Notes: a model not told the origin generated them from the sequence alone. 43,375 nucleotides of DNA from Chthonomonadaceae bacterium (GCA_035650735.1 DASRGZ010000079.1:1-43375), one strand, 5' to 3'; positions 1 through 8,433 are shown, counted from the stretch's first letter. Translations and numbers: made by a program.

Positions 1-95
1 TCGAAGACCTGTTTGCACCCGGCCTGCTGCAAGGCATCCTTCTGCAAATCCAGGCTCTGATCCAGGGTAGACACCCGCGCATAGCCAATGAGCGT
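1..95 (-). CDS. Serine recombinase (resolvase/invertase), N-terminal part; runs off the window edge
   Basis: Minus strand reads (ACG)-LIGYARVSTLDQSLDLQKDALQQAGCKQVFE, the GYARVST catalytic-Ser motif. AAGGAG RBS at 102-107. The codon at the expected Met position (93-95) is ACG. Confidence 0.9.
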
Positions 96-126
96 TCCTC
101 TCTCCTTTCTTGCGATGGAATGCCCG

Positions 127-155
127 ATTGTAACCGAAACTTAGCCGTTCGTCAA
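127..155 (-). promoter_or_regulatory. Sigma70-type promoter for the resolvase
   Basis: TTGACG (150-155), 17-nt spacer, TACAAT (127-132) on the minus strand. Confidence 0.75.
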
Positions 156-265
156 TAGATGGCACATAGATTTCGGGTACGGATTTTTGGAACAGAAAGG
201 GCGGGGGATCGTATCCGCAAGACGCAGGGGCCAAGTGTCCCCGGAAACGCTCGTTTTCGGGAACA
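150..265. promoter_or_regulatory. Probable res site region (resolvase binding subsites)
   Basis: Imperfect palindrome GTCCCCGGAAACGCTCGTTTTCGGGAAC at ~237-264, directly upstream of the resolvase promoter, the usual position for res subsites. Confidence 0.45.
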
Positions 266-1984
266 GGCGGAAGCGGCTTGGAAGGTACAATGAGGTCATT
301 CTTATCCGCCGGAGGAGTGTCGCCATGTCCCTGCGCCCGCACAGTATTGAGCCTGTCCCGGAGCAAACCGCTCGTATTGCTCAGGCTGCTTTCCCCAAAG
401 GCAACCTCTATATGCAGATGCGCCAGGAGTTAGGAACCTTCTACACCGACGCAGACTTTGCTACCCTCTACCCCAGGCGCGGGCAACCGGCCATCGCCCC
501 CTGGCGTCTGGCGCTGGTGACGGTCATGCAGTTCGTGGAGAACCTCTCCGACCGGCAAGCGGCGGAGGCGGTGCGCGCTCGCATTGATTGGAAATATGCG
601 CTCGGATTAGAGTTGATCGATCCTGGCTTTGACTTCTCCATCCTCTCAGAGTTTCGTGCCCGCCTGGTCGAAGGCGAGGCGGAACAGAGATTGCTCGACC
701 GAATGCTGGAAGTGTTCGGCGAGAAGAAGCTCCTCAAAGCGCGCGGTCATCAGCGCACCGACAGCACTCATGTGCTGGCTTCTATCCGAGTAATGAACCG
801 CCTGGAACTCGTCACCGAAACCTTGCGAGCAACGCTCAATGATCTGGCAAGCGTCGCCCCCGATTGGCTGCGCTCGGTCGCTCCGGCAGAGTGGCAGGAG
901 CGCTATACTCAGCGCGCGGAACAGTCGCGGCTGCCCAAAGGGGAGAAGGCGCGCAAGGAGTATGCCGAAGTCGTGGGACAAGATGGCGTGTTGCTCCTGC
1001 GTCTGCTGGACGAGCAGCAACCGGGCTTGAAGAAACGGGCAGAGGTGGAGACGTTGCGCCAGGTCTGGGCTCGCCACTTTGCCCGCTGCGAAACCGGCGA
1101 ACTTTTGTGGCGAGCCGAGGCTGAATTATCCCGCGCGGCCACCGCCATTGAATCACCCTATGACACCGAGGCGCGTCACAGCAACAAGCGCGACACGTCC
1201 TGGACGGGCTACAAAGTGCATCTGACTGAAACCTGCGATGCTGATCTGCCCCGGATCGTGACCGATGTGCTGACCACCGTTGCCACCACACAAGATGTGG
1301 CTTGCACCGCCGATATTCAGCAGTCGCTGGCGGACAAAAACTTGCTGCCCGCTCGCCACCTGGTAGACACCGGCTATGTGGATGGCGATCTATTGGTCAG
1401 CAGCAAAGAGAAACACGCCATTGAACTCTTCGGCCCGCCGCGCGAGGGACAGAGTTGGCAAGCCCGCGAAGGTGGTTACGACCAGGCGCGATTTACAGTG
1501 GATTGGGAGCGGGAACGCGCCTTCTGCCCGGAGGGAAAGGCATCGGCTTCCTGGCGCTCTTACACCCAAGAGCCGTATGGCTACTCCATTGTGAAGGTGC
1601 GCTTCGCTCAGAAAGACTGCATAAACTGCCTGAGCCGCGAGAGATGCGTTCGCTCGGCGGGAGGGCAGTCACGCACGCTTGTGTTGCCCGCGCGTCCTCT
1701 CTATGAAGCCTTACAGCAGACGCGCAGCGACCTGACTACCGAAGAGGGCAAAGCGGAGTATCGCAAGCGGGCGGGCGTGGAAGGCTCGCTGTCGCAAGGG
1801 GTTCGGCGAAGTGGAATGCGGTGTTCGCGGTATTACGGCTTGTCCAAGACGCACTTACAGCACCTGGCGACAGCGGCGGCACTCAACGTCGTGCGGGTGA
1901 CGGATTATCTGGCTGGGAAGCCGCTGGCGAAGACGCGCCGTTCGCGTTTTGCGAGATTGGCGGCATGAATTCGCCAACGGTATC
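266..1984 (+). mobile_element. IS1182-family insertion sequence (ends approximate)
   Basis: Intact transposase. The right end is probably GAATTCGCCAACGGTATC just after the stop, abutting a hairpin at 1985-2005. The left end and target duplication could not be identified. Confidence 0.6.
325..1968 (+). CDS. IS1182-family DDE transposase
   Basis: ATG at 325 with GGAGGAG RBS. MSLRP..PVPEQTARIAQAAFPKGN start, LSDRQAAEAVRARIDWKYAL, TDSTH, VDTGY, YRKRAGVEG and HLQHLATAAALN motifs typical of IS1182 transposases. Confidence 0.9.
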   Translation: MSLRPHSIEPVPEQTARIAQAAFPKGNLYMQMRQELGTFYTDADFATLYPRRGQPAIAPWRLALVTVMQFVENLSDRQAAEAVRARIDWKYALGLELIDPGFDFSILSEFRARLVEGEAEQRLLDRMLEVFGEKKLLKARGHQRTDSTHVLASIRVMNRLELVTETLRATLNDLASVAPDWLRSVAPAEWQERYTQRAEQSRLPKGEKARKEYAEVVGQDGVLLLRLLDEQQPGLKKRAEVETLRQVWARHFARCETGELLWRAEAELSRAATAIESPYDTEARHSNKRDTSWTGYKVHLTETCDADLPRIVTDVLTTVATTQDVACTADIQQSLADKNLLPARHLVDTGYVDGDLLVSSKEKHAIELFGPPREGQSWQAREGGYDQARFTVDWERERAFCPEGKASASWRSYTQEPYGYSIVKVRFAQKDCINCLSRERCVRSAGGQSRTLVLPARPLYEALQQTRSDLTTEEGKAEYRKRAGVEGSLSQGVRRSGMRCSRYYGLSKTHLQHLATAAALNVVRVTDYLAGKPLAKTRRSRFARLAA

Positions 1985-2010
1985 ACCCCGTTTTTGAGAC
2001 GGGGTATTTT
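1985..2010. terminator. Hairpin, possible terminator between the IS and the convergent mer operon
   Basis: ACCCCGT-TTTTGAG-ACGGGGT followed by ATTTTT. Confidence 0.4.
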
Positions 2011-2161
2011 TATGATCTATGATGGCAAACGAGAGTTATGGATGTTGGATGAGGACTTTGCGAAGTTCCGCCGCGAAGGTTGTTCCATCCAGGCGCGGCA
2101 CGACAGTGACGCCCCCGTAATTCTAGCAGGGCCGTTTGGAGATATGAGATACTGCCCCCCG

Positions 2162-2956
2162 CTATTTTTCGTTCGGCAGTGGACAACAGCCCGAAGCAAG
2201 AGCCTGCTGCAAAGCGACAATGCCTTGCTCGTCCAGATGAACACGCGCTGCTTTTAGAATCGCGCTTTCTATCCCATCCTGCCGCGTCTTTGCCAGCTTT
2301 GTGGAACCGCTAACGAAGCGGCGATGAAAGACGTTTGCGAAAGCGGCCTCTAGCGCGCGGCCCTGCTCATCGGTGAGCGTTGTTTTTGCCTTCATCCTTC
2401 GGACGATGCGGGCCGCGATGATCCCCGCCTCTTCTTCGCTGAGGCGATCTACCTCCGCGCCGCGATACCAGCCTGCGTCCGCGCTGAACTCCTTCAGTGC
2501 GGCATTGCGACTGGCCTCCTTGAGTTCCTTTAGGTCGAAGTTTTGTTGTTTCGCGAGCGACCGGATCGCTTCGTCTCGCGCCGCCTGGGAGGAGTCTTTC
2601 TCCCACACAACGGCTATCAGGGTTCCGGGACGATTCAGCCAGGCTTGCGCCACCTCCGGCCTGCGCTCTAAGGCCAGAAGCACAGGTTTAGACCGGCTAC
2701 CACACCCGATTTCCGGGGCGGCGGGGCAAACCAGGGGAACGGAGTAGAAACTCATGCGGTCGGGAGCGATATTCTGCATTGTGCGGTTCCTTTCTACGGC
2801 AAGGCTTTTCCCTGCCGCCTTAGCCAGTGGCGAAGGACAGCAGCCAGGCGCACCGTCCTCGTGCGCTCGCACGTTTGCGGCAATGACACCGCATGCCGCG
2901 ATAGCGGCAAGGCCCAGGCTTAACGCGAAGGGGGTTCTGAACTGTTGAGTTTTCAT
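2162..2956 (-). CDS. Exported Cys-rich putative metal-binding protein (last gene of the mer operon)
   Basis: Likely ATG at 2956 (AAGGAG RBS). Signal peptide, GCCP near the N-terminus, CPAAPEIGCG motif in an HMA-like segment, C-terminal GCCP. Confidence 0.7.
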   Translation of the reverse strand: MKTQQFRTPFALSLGLAAIAACGVIAANVRAHEDGAPGCCPSPLAKAAGKSLAVERNRTMQNIAPDRMSFYSVPLVCPAAPEIGCGSRSKPVLLALERRPEVAQAWLNRPGTLIAVVWEKDSSQAARDEAIRSLAKQQNFDLKELKEASRNAALKEFSADAGWYRGAEVDRLSEEEAGIIAARIVRRMKAKTTLTDEQGRALEAAFANVFHRRFVSGSTKLAKTRQDGIESAILKAARVHLDEQGIVALQQALASGCCPLPNEK

Positions 2957-3002
2957 CAACGTTCTCCTTTCTTCCAAGATCACGGACAACAGGGGGTGCT
3001 TG

Positions 3003-3629
3003 TCACTTCTTCACGGGGCAGCAGGCGTCTCCGTGAGAGGTTATCTCCGTAGCCGGGAAACCGGTTCGATCAATGGTTTCCCGTAGTTTTGGCACGCCGA
3101 TGCGCGTCGCATCGTAGCGCACGGTCGCCTGCTTCGTGTCGAAGTCCACCTTCGCGTCGTAGACGCCGGGCGTCTTCTTGAGCGTGTCGGCGATATTCGC
3201 CGCGCACGCGGCACAGTCCATCGAGGGGATAGTGAATCGAACGGTCTGCGCCTTCACCGACGCAGCGACCGCCGGGACGGAAGCAGCCGACACTCGTGCA
3301 TGATACGCGGCGATGTTGGGATAGGCCAGCGTCCCCACTGTGAAGAGCGTCACGACCCACAGCAGCGCCCGGCTGATGCGCCGGGCGCGCACGGACTTTG
3401 TATCGCAGTCCGTTTCGCACCCTGCTTTCCCTGGCCGGTAGGTGAAGTAAAACGCCGCGCCGAGCAGCAGCACGGTCAAGGCAATGAAGTAAGGACGGTA
3501 CGGAACCAGCGCCGCACTGAGGCCCACCGTTCCAACGCTTGCCGCCCCTAAGAGGAGCGGGAGAATACAGCAGGCGGAGGCCGCGATTGCGGCCACCACC
3601 ACGCCTAGCAGCACAGAAAGTTTTTTCAT
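3003..3629 (-). CDS. merT: Mercuric ion transporter MerT fused to a MerP-like HMA domain
   Basis: ASACCILP in TM1, PYRPYF motif, three TM segments, loop cysteines, then an HMA domain with MDCAAC. Adjacent to merA. Confidence 0.85.
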   Translation of the reverse strand: MKKLSVLLGVVVAAIAASACCILPLLLGAASVGTVGLSAALVPYRPYFIALTVLLLGAAFYFTYRPGKAGCETDCDTKSVRARRISRALLWVVTLFTVGTLAYPNIAAYHARVSAASVPAVAASVKAQTVRFTIPSMDCAACAANIADTLKKTPGVYDAKVDFDTKQATVRYDATRIGVPKLRETIDRTGFPATEITSHGDACCPVKK

Positions 3630-3642
3630 CGCAGATACTCCT

Positions 3643-5094
3643 TCACTCTGCGCAGCAGGAGAGCTTCGCCGGGTCTTTGTAGCGGGAGATGGCGGCGATC
3701 TTGAGCGCTTCCGCCATAGTCGGGTAAACGTGTAGCATGTCTATGAAGTCATGGATGCTGGCACGGAACCGCAATGCCATCGCCGCTTCGTGGATCACCT
3801 CAGCGGCGCTGTTTCCCACTATCGTCACCCCCAGCACCTCGTTTGTGTCGGCATCCGCGACCATCTTGACAAAGCCCTGAGTGTCGCGGATCGCGCCCGC
3901 ACGCGGAACCAGAGACATGGGGATCGTGTTGCACCAGCAGGCATGCCCTGCGGCTATAGCCTGCTCCTCCGTCATGCCGACAATGCCAATCTGCGGGTCG
4001 GTGAAGATGGTGCGGGGGATCACGCGATGATTGACCAGTAAGGGCTTTTCCCCTGAGAGCGCGTTGTGCGCGGCTTTGCCGCCGTCTTGACTGCCCACGG
4101 GCGTCGCCATCTGGCTTCCGGTTTCGGCTCCGATCACATCCCCTGCCGCGAAGATATGCGCCACATTCGTCCGCAGGGTTTCATCCACGCGGACGGCTCC
4201 CGCAGCGTCCAATTCCACCCCTGCCTTTTCAATGGCGATGGTATCCGTATTGGGGCGGCGGCCTGTGGCAATGAGAATTCTTTCGGCCCGAAACTCCTGC
4301 GCACTATCTCCCACCTGGACGGTTGCGGCGACCTCGTTCCCCTCCTGACAGACGCGGCGTACCGTGGCCCCAGTGACGACGCGGATGCCCTCCTGCGTGA
4401 AGATGTCAGCGATGGTCGGCCCAACTTCTGGTTCATGACCGTGCGCCAGCAAGCGGTCGTTGCGTTCCAGAACGGTGACTTCGGCCCCGAATCGGCGGAA
4501 CATCTGCCCCAGTTCCAGCGCGATGTAGCCGCCGCCCACGATCAGCAATGATCGCGGGCACTCCTTCAATTCCATCGGTTCGTCGTGCGTCAGGAGGTCA
4601 CTGGTAAGATAGGGCACTCCCTGGAGGCCGTCAATAGGCGGCAGCACGGGCCGCGATCCCGTGGCGATGAGAATTCTCTCGCCGGTAAGCCGCTTGCCCC
4701 CAATCTCCACTGTGTGCGCATCGAGGAACTGGGCATGGCCCTTCTCGATGCTGAACTGCCCGCCAACGAGACTGTCGTATTTCTTATCGCGGTAAACCTG
4801 GATGACTTCATCTTTCTGGGAAATGAGTTTCCCGAAGTCCAGGCTCAGGGCAGCACCGGTCAGACCAGGAAAGCGCGGGTGCTGCGCGTCGTAGAGGAGT
4901 TTCGCGGCCTCGATCAAGTTCTTGGAGGGCAGACAGCCTCGGTTGACGCAGGTTCCGCCGATAGCACGTTCCTCGGTCATCACAGCGGTTTTGCCCATCT
5001 CCTGGGCGCGGAGCGCAGCGGCGAAGGCGGTAGAGCCGGAGCCGAGGATTACAAGGTTGAAATGCTGTTCATTCTGATCGTGATGGTCAGCCAT
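3643..5094 (-). CDS. merA: Mercury(II) reductase lacking the NmerA domain
   Basis: GSGSTA FAD motif, [13 protein letters not shown] redox pair, GGGYIA NADPH motif, HVYPTMAE and C-terminal LSCCAE vicinal cysteines diagnostic of MerA. Confidence 0.95.
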   Translation of the reverse strand: MADHHDQNEQHFNLVILGSGSTAFAAALRAQEMGKTAVMTEERAIGGTCVNRGCLPSKNLIEAAKLLYDAQHPRFPGLTGAALSLDFGKLISQKDEVIQVYRDKKYDSLVGGQFSIEKGHAQFLDAHTVEIGGKRLTGERILIATGSRPVLPPIDGLQGVPYLTSDLLTHDEPMELKECPRSLLIVGGGYIALELGQMFRRFGAEVTVLERNDRLLAHGHEPEVGPTIADIFTQEGIRVVTGATVRRVCQEGNEVAATVQVGDSAQEFRAERILIATGRRPNTDTIAIEKAGVELDAAGAVRVDETLRTNVAHIFAAGDVIGAETGSQMATPVGSQDGGKAAHNALSGEKPLLVNHRVIPRTIFTDPQIGIVGMTEEQAIAAGHACWCNTIPMSLVPRAGAIRDTQGFVKMVADADTNEVLGVTIVGNSAAEVIHEAAMALRFRASIHDFIDMLHVYPTMAEALKIAAISRYKDPAKLSCCAE

Positions 5095-5158
5095 TGCGGG
5101 CTTCTCCTTTGCCGTCCGGCGATGCGCTCGGACGATAGTGACACGTTATAGATAGTGG

Positions 5159-5242
5159 CTATAGAGGCCGGTCGGTTAGCCGCTTCAGCAGGAGCAGGGC
5201 GAGCACAAAGGCCCCGCCGCAGCAGATCAAGTGGACTATCAT
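5159..5242 (-). CDS. 27-aa Cys-Cys membrane micropeptide (MIVHLICCGGAFVLALLLLKRLTDRPL)
   Basis: ATG preceded by AAAGGAAAG. Lies within the operon just before merA. HLICCG matches HLLCCG of the 7240-7533 protein. Confidence 0.5.
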   Translation of the reverse strand: MIVHLICCGGAFVLALLLLKRLTDRPL

Positions 5243-5517
5243 GGTTCTTTCCTTTTCTGTTCTTTCCAGGCGGTTCCCGGTGCTTCCCGTCGCCTGTTGG
5301 CTCATGGAGTGCGCAAGGCAAACGCCTTGCTCAGGTCGTCCGTCTCTTCCGTCATTACCGGGTCGCGGTTCCAGAGGTCACTCTCCAGCGTCGCCTTAAC
5401 GACTGCCACGATGCGACGTGGCTCCGCCCTTTGCGGGTCAAAGCCTATCTCCAGCAAGAGGTTCGACCCCGCCTGCGTCTGCTTTACCGCGCTCACGCCG
5501 TCTACCGCCTTCACCTT

Positions 5518-5536
5518 CTCGACCACACGGGTCAAG
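5518..5536 (-). other. SECIS-like hairpin downstream of the TGA at 5545-5547
   Basis: CUUGACC-CGUGU-GGUCGAG: 7-bp stem with one G-U pair, starting 8 nt after UGA, G at loop position 2. Confidence 0.55.
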
Positions 5537-5910
5537 CACGACGCTCAAGTGAAGCGGCTGGAACCCACAGCGACCCGGCCTTCCTCCTCCTTGTACCGGA
5601 TGATGCCCCCGCGCCCGCTCGATCCTTCTGTTGCCGCCCTCTTCTTCGTCAGGATTGCGTTGAGGCGCGAGACTACATCCCCCGCCTGCGAATAGAGCAG
5701 CCGCGAATCCTTGCCGATGATCACGACATGGGGCAGAGCACCGGACACGCTGAACCGGTCGATCCCTGCCTGCTCGCGATCTATAAGATAGAGATACGTA
5801 AGGCGGTGCGCAGCCTTGAACGCCTTCGCCTTGCGTTCAGGGGTCGCCCGCATTGATGCCGATGACCTGGACGCCTTTGGTGTTCAACTTCTGCCACACT
5901 TCCTTCTCCA

Positions 5911-5929
5911 AACGCGGAGCCTCCGCGTT
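5911..5929 (-). other. SECIS-like hairpin downstream of the TGA at 5939-5941
   Basis: AACGCGGA-GGC-UCCGCGUU: perfect 8-bp stem starting 9 nt after UGA, with a G-led apical loop. Confidence 0.65.
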
Positions 5930-6134
5930 GCACGACCCTCAATAGGCGGCAGAGAAGGCCACCACCGTATGTCCTTTGAATTGGCTCAGGCGCACGGTCT
6001 TGCCACCGGTGTCTTTGAGCGCGAACTCCTTCACCACGTCACCAACTTTGTAAGGCACGGGCGGAGCGGCATCTGCCCCGCGCCGGTGAGCAGGATCGCT
6101 CCCACAATGGCAGCGATTTTCGTGACCGCTTTCA

Positions 6135-6533
6135 TCACTGCACGCCTCCTCTCTTTCTGCGGGTCAGGTCATCAAGCAGTGCTCCGAGCGTTCCGTCGAG
6201 GTGTTCGTGCCGAATATGGTAGCAGGCGAACTTTCCCTCCTTGCGCACTTTCAAAATGCCGGACGCGGTGAGGATTTTCAGATGATGGCTCACTGACGGC
6301 ATGGACATATCGAGCAGCACCGATAGTTCGCAGACGCAGAGCGACTCGTGCGTCAGCGCGAAGAGAATCCGCACGCGAACCGGATCGGCAATGGCTCGAA
6401 GCAGGTTCGTCGCCGCATCGAAGGCATCGTCGGGCGGCATCTGCATGGCAACGCGCCGCACCCGCGTAGGGTCGTCGTTGTAGGCGTCACAGGTCAATTC
6501 GGTAATGTCGCGGTCGTCTAGCGTGATAGGCAT
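6135..6533 (-). CDS. ArsR/SmtB-family metal-sensing repressor (CadC-like)
   Basis: ATG at 6533 with AGGAGG RBS. ADPVRVRIL, SLCVCEL, SVSHHLKIL and RKEGKFACY motifs. First gene of the operon. Confidence 0.9.
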   Translation of the reverse strand: MPITLDDRDITELTCDAYNDDPTRVRRVAMQMPPDDAFDAATNLLRAIADPVRVRILFALTHESLCVCELSVLLDMSMPSVSHHLKILTASGILKVRKEGKFACYHIRHEHLDGTLGALLDDLTRRKRGGVQ

Positions 6534-6552
6534 GTCTGATCCTCCTACATTC

Positions 6553-6586
6553 ATTCTACCATACGATTCGATCATTGTTTAATCGT
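6553..6586 (-). promoter_or_regulatory. Extended -10 promoter and candidate ArsR operator
   Basis: TGG-TAGAAT (-10 at 6553-6558) and ACGATT-N12-AATCGT inverted repeat (6563-6586) between the divergent genes. Confidence 0.5.
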
Positions 6587-6652
6587 TGGAACAATTTTTG
6601 GTTTCCGACAGTCGTTCTGAGAGCAAGAGCGTGACGCGAGGAGGAACAAACA

Positions 6653-7243
6653 ATGGCTAACGCGGTGACGAGTTATGGAACCGATGCGTGTCCTCCGCAG
6701 GGCACCGAGCGAGTGAACGGTGAACAGCCGATCCCGAAGAAGACAGTCGGCGCGGGGAGCGTCGTCGGAGACCTCGTGAAAGGAGCCGTCGCCGGACTCG
6801 TGGCGACGAAGTTAATGGGCTGGGTGACAAACTTCATCTGGGAGCACGAACCGCTCGCCGCTCGCCAGCAATACGAGCGAGTCACAGGCGGCAAGTATCC
6901 TCCCGACCGGGCTGCCGAATCCATAGAGAGAACGCTCCACCTCCAAGTCAACGAGAAACAGCACGGTGCGCTGGCTCAAGCCATGCACATGGGGCTTGGG
7001 ATCGGGGCCGGAATGGTCTATGCGCTCATGCGGAGGCGGGTTAGGGGCGCAGATCGCGGGCAGGGTCTTCTGTTCGGATTATTGTTTGCCGCCATCGTGG
7101 ATGAGGGACTGACGCCACTACTGGGCCTTGCCGAGCCGCCGCAGAAGTATCCCTGGCAGGCCCACGTTCGCGGTCTAGCCGGTCATGTCGCATACGGTGT
7201 GGCGGCAGACTCGACGCTGGATGTATTGGACAAATTAGCATGA
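6653..7243 (+). CDS. DUF1440-like membrane protein
   Basis: GAGGAGG RBS. GAVAGLVAT..M, H.GLG...G.VY, DEGLTPLLGL and H.RGLAGHVAYG pattern. Confidence 0.65.
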   Translation: MANAVTSYGTDACPPQGTERVNGEQPIPKKTVGAGSVVGDLVKGAVAGLVATKLMGWVTNFIWEHEPLAARQQYERVTGGKYPPDRAAESIERTLHLQVNEKQHGALAQAMHMGLGIGAGMVYALMRRRVRGADRGQGLLFGLLFAAIVDEGLTPLLGLAEPPQKYPWQAHVRGLAGHVAYGVAADSTLDVLDKLA

Positions 7244-7533
7244 ATAGAGACTCAGGACGACCGAAGGGCTGGGGACTTGTGGCGCTGTTCGCGCTGCTAC
7301 ACCTGCTTTGCTGCGGTGTACCGCTTCTGCTCCTCTCCGGGGTGTCGCTGGCATTCCTCGCCCCGCACTGGCCTGCAATCGGAGTAGCGCTGGCGGTGCT
7401 CGGCGTGGTGGGGTTTGTCTGGTATCTCAAGCGCCGTTGCCCTACGTGTCCTCGGAATGAAGCCCGGTATCTATTGGATCGGCAAGCCAAAGATAAAGAT
7501 GATGGGCAAGGTGAGCATCCGGTGACCAGGTAG
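7240..7533 (+). CDS. Small two-TM Cys-Cys membrane protein, MerF/MerE-like metal transporter candidate
   Basis: ATGA overlap with the upstream gene. LHLLCCGVP in TM1, second TM, then a CPTC tail. Confidence 0.6.
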   Translation: MNRDSGRPKGWGLVALFALLHLLCCGVPLLLLSGVSLAFLAPHWPAIGVALAVLGVVGFVWYLKRRCPTCPRNEARYLLDRQAKDKDDGQGEHPVTR

Positions 7534-7576
7534 CGCTGGGCCGGTTCCACGTATTTGCGGCGCACGACGGCTGTAC

Positions 7577-7975
7577 CTAACCACCCTCGGCTAGGTAGGG
7601 CCCCAACAGCCCCACGTACTGGCTTGCGTCCTGCTCCAACAACGCCTCGATCCGCTTGCGCTCCTCGGCGGGGAGTGACCGCAGCACCCGATCCAGGCGA
7701 CGCGCCAGCCCCAGGTCGATCTCCTCCGTGTCCTCCACCGCGTAGCCCGCTGTCCGCAGAACGACGGCCTCATCGACACCCAGGCCACGGGCGACGGTGG
7801 CGCAGGTATCACGCTGCGGATGCTTAACCATCCGCTCCATCCGGCTCCATGCCGTCAACTTCATGCCCGCACGCCTTGCGCACTCGGTTGCGGTGAGGTG
7901 GCGTGCCTCCCGCTCCTGCCGCACCCAACTTCCGAAGTTCTCTATCGCGCCTCCCTCCTGAACTATGGAGTTCAT
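7577..7975 (-). CDS. XRE-family helix-turn-helix regulator
   Basis: FGSWVRQEREARHLTATECARRAGM...WSRMER...ATVARGLGV HTH_3 pattern. Start position uncertain. Confidence 0.75.
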   Translation of the reverse strand: MNSIVQEGGAIENFGSWVRQEREARHLTATECARRAGMKLTAWSRMERMVKHPQRDTCATVARGLGVDEAVVLRTAGYAVEDTEEIDLGLARRLDRVLRSLPAEERKRIEALLEQDASQYVGLLGPYLAEGG

Positions 7976-8227
7976 ATTCCACGTGGGCTCCGCGATCTAC
8001 TCCGCGACGTCATCATATTATGGTGAACGTAGGGATTGGCAATATGAGCTTTATAGTATATAACCCAAGTTGCTACCTAGGAACACGTTTGAGAGAGGAT
8101 CGCTCTGGAAACCGGCTTTTGCATCACCGTTTGCCTTCTCGAAGAGGCAAGGTAGCAACTTGAGTTAGATATTATGATCGTACGCGTTCATGCTGGATAC
8201 TTAACGAGTGCGTGAGAGGAGAATCAG

Positions 8228-8389
8228 ATGTTCCACACTGACCAGATAGATCAGCCAAACCTGCCGACGATCATGCCGTTATTAACCGAGCCTGCCCATG
8301 CCATTGTTGCCGATCTGCAAGGCCAGAGGCAGGCGCAGCTGACGGCCAGTTGCGCCGATGGTACGGTAATCGCCTGTGGCGCGCAGTAG
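8228..8389 (+). CDS. 53-aa hypothetical protein, possibly truncated at the island boundary
   Basis: ATG with GAGAGGAG RBS, divergent from the XRE gene. No recognisable motif. Confidence 0.3.
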   Translation: MFHTDQIDQPNLPTIMPLLTEPAHAIVADLQGQRQAQLTASCADGTVIACGAQ

Positions 8390-8433
8390 TCCCTCGGATT
8401 TCCCCGATTTGCGGTCTATCCGCCAAACTGCCG

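Larger units (their letters stand above)
5302..6135 (-). pseudogene. Probable two-selenocysteine exported protein: TlpA/AhpC-like redoxin (U-G-S-C) plus HMA domain (U-A-S-C); interrupted by two compensating frameshifts
   Basis: ATG at 6135 coupled to the arsR stop (TGATG) with AGGAGG RBS. Signal peptide, then PYKVGDVVKEFALKDTGGKTVRLSQFKGHTVVAFSAAY-TGA-GSCNAEAPRLE, and later RFT-TGA-ASCLTRVVEKVKAVDGV. Frame breaks near 6076-6079 and 5840-5843. Confidence 0.75.

Noticed and set aside
187..324. N-terminal extension of the transposase ORF from TTG at 187
   Set aside because: The family-typical start and RBS are at 325, and the extension overlaps the res-like region.
5155..6271. Plus-strand ORFs 5155-5856, 5231-5695 and 5816-6271
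   Set aside because: They are antisense shadows of the minus-strand Sec gene and arsR, with no motifs.
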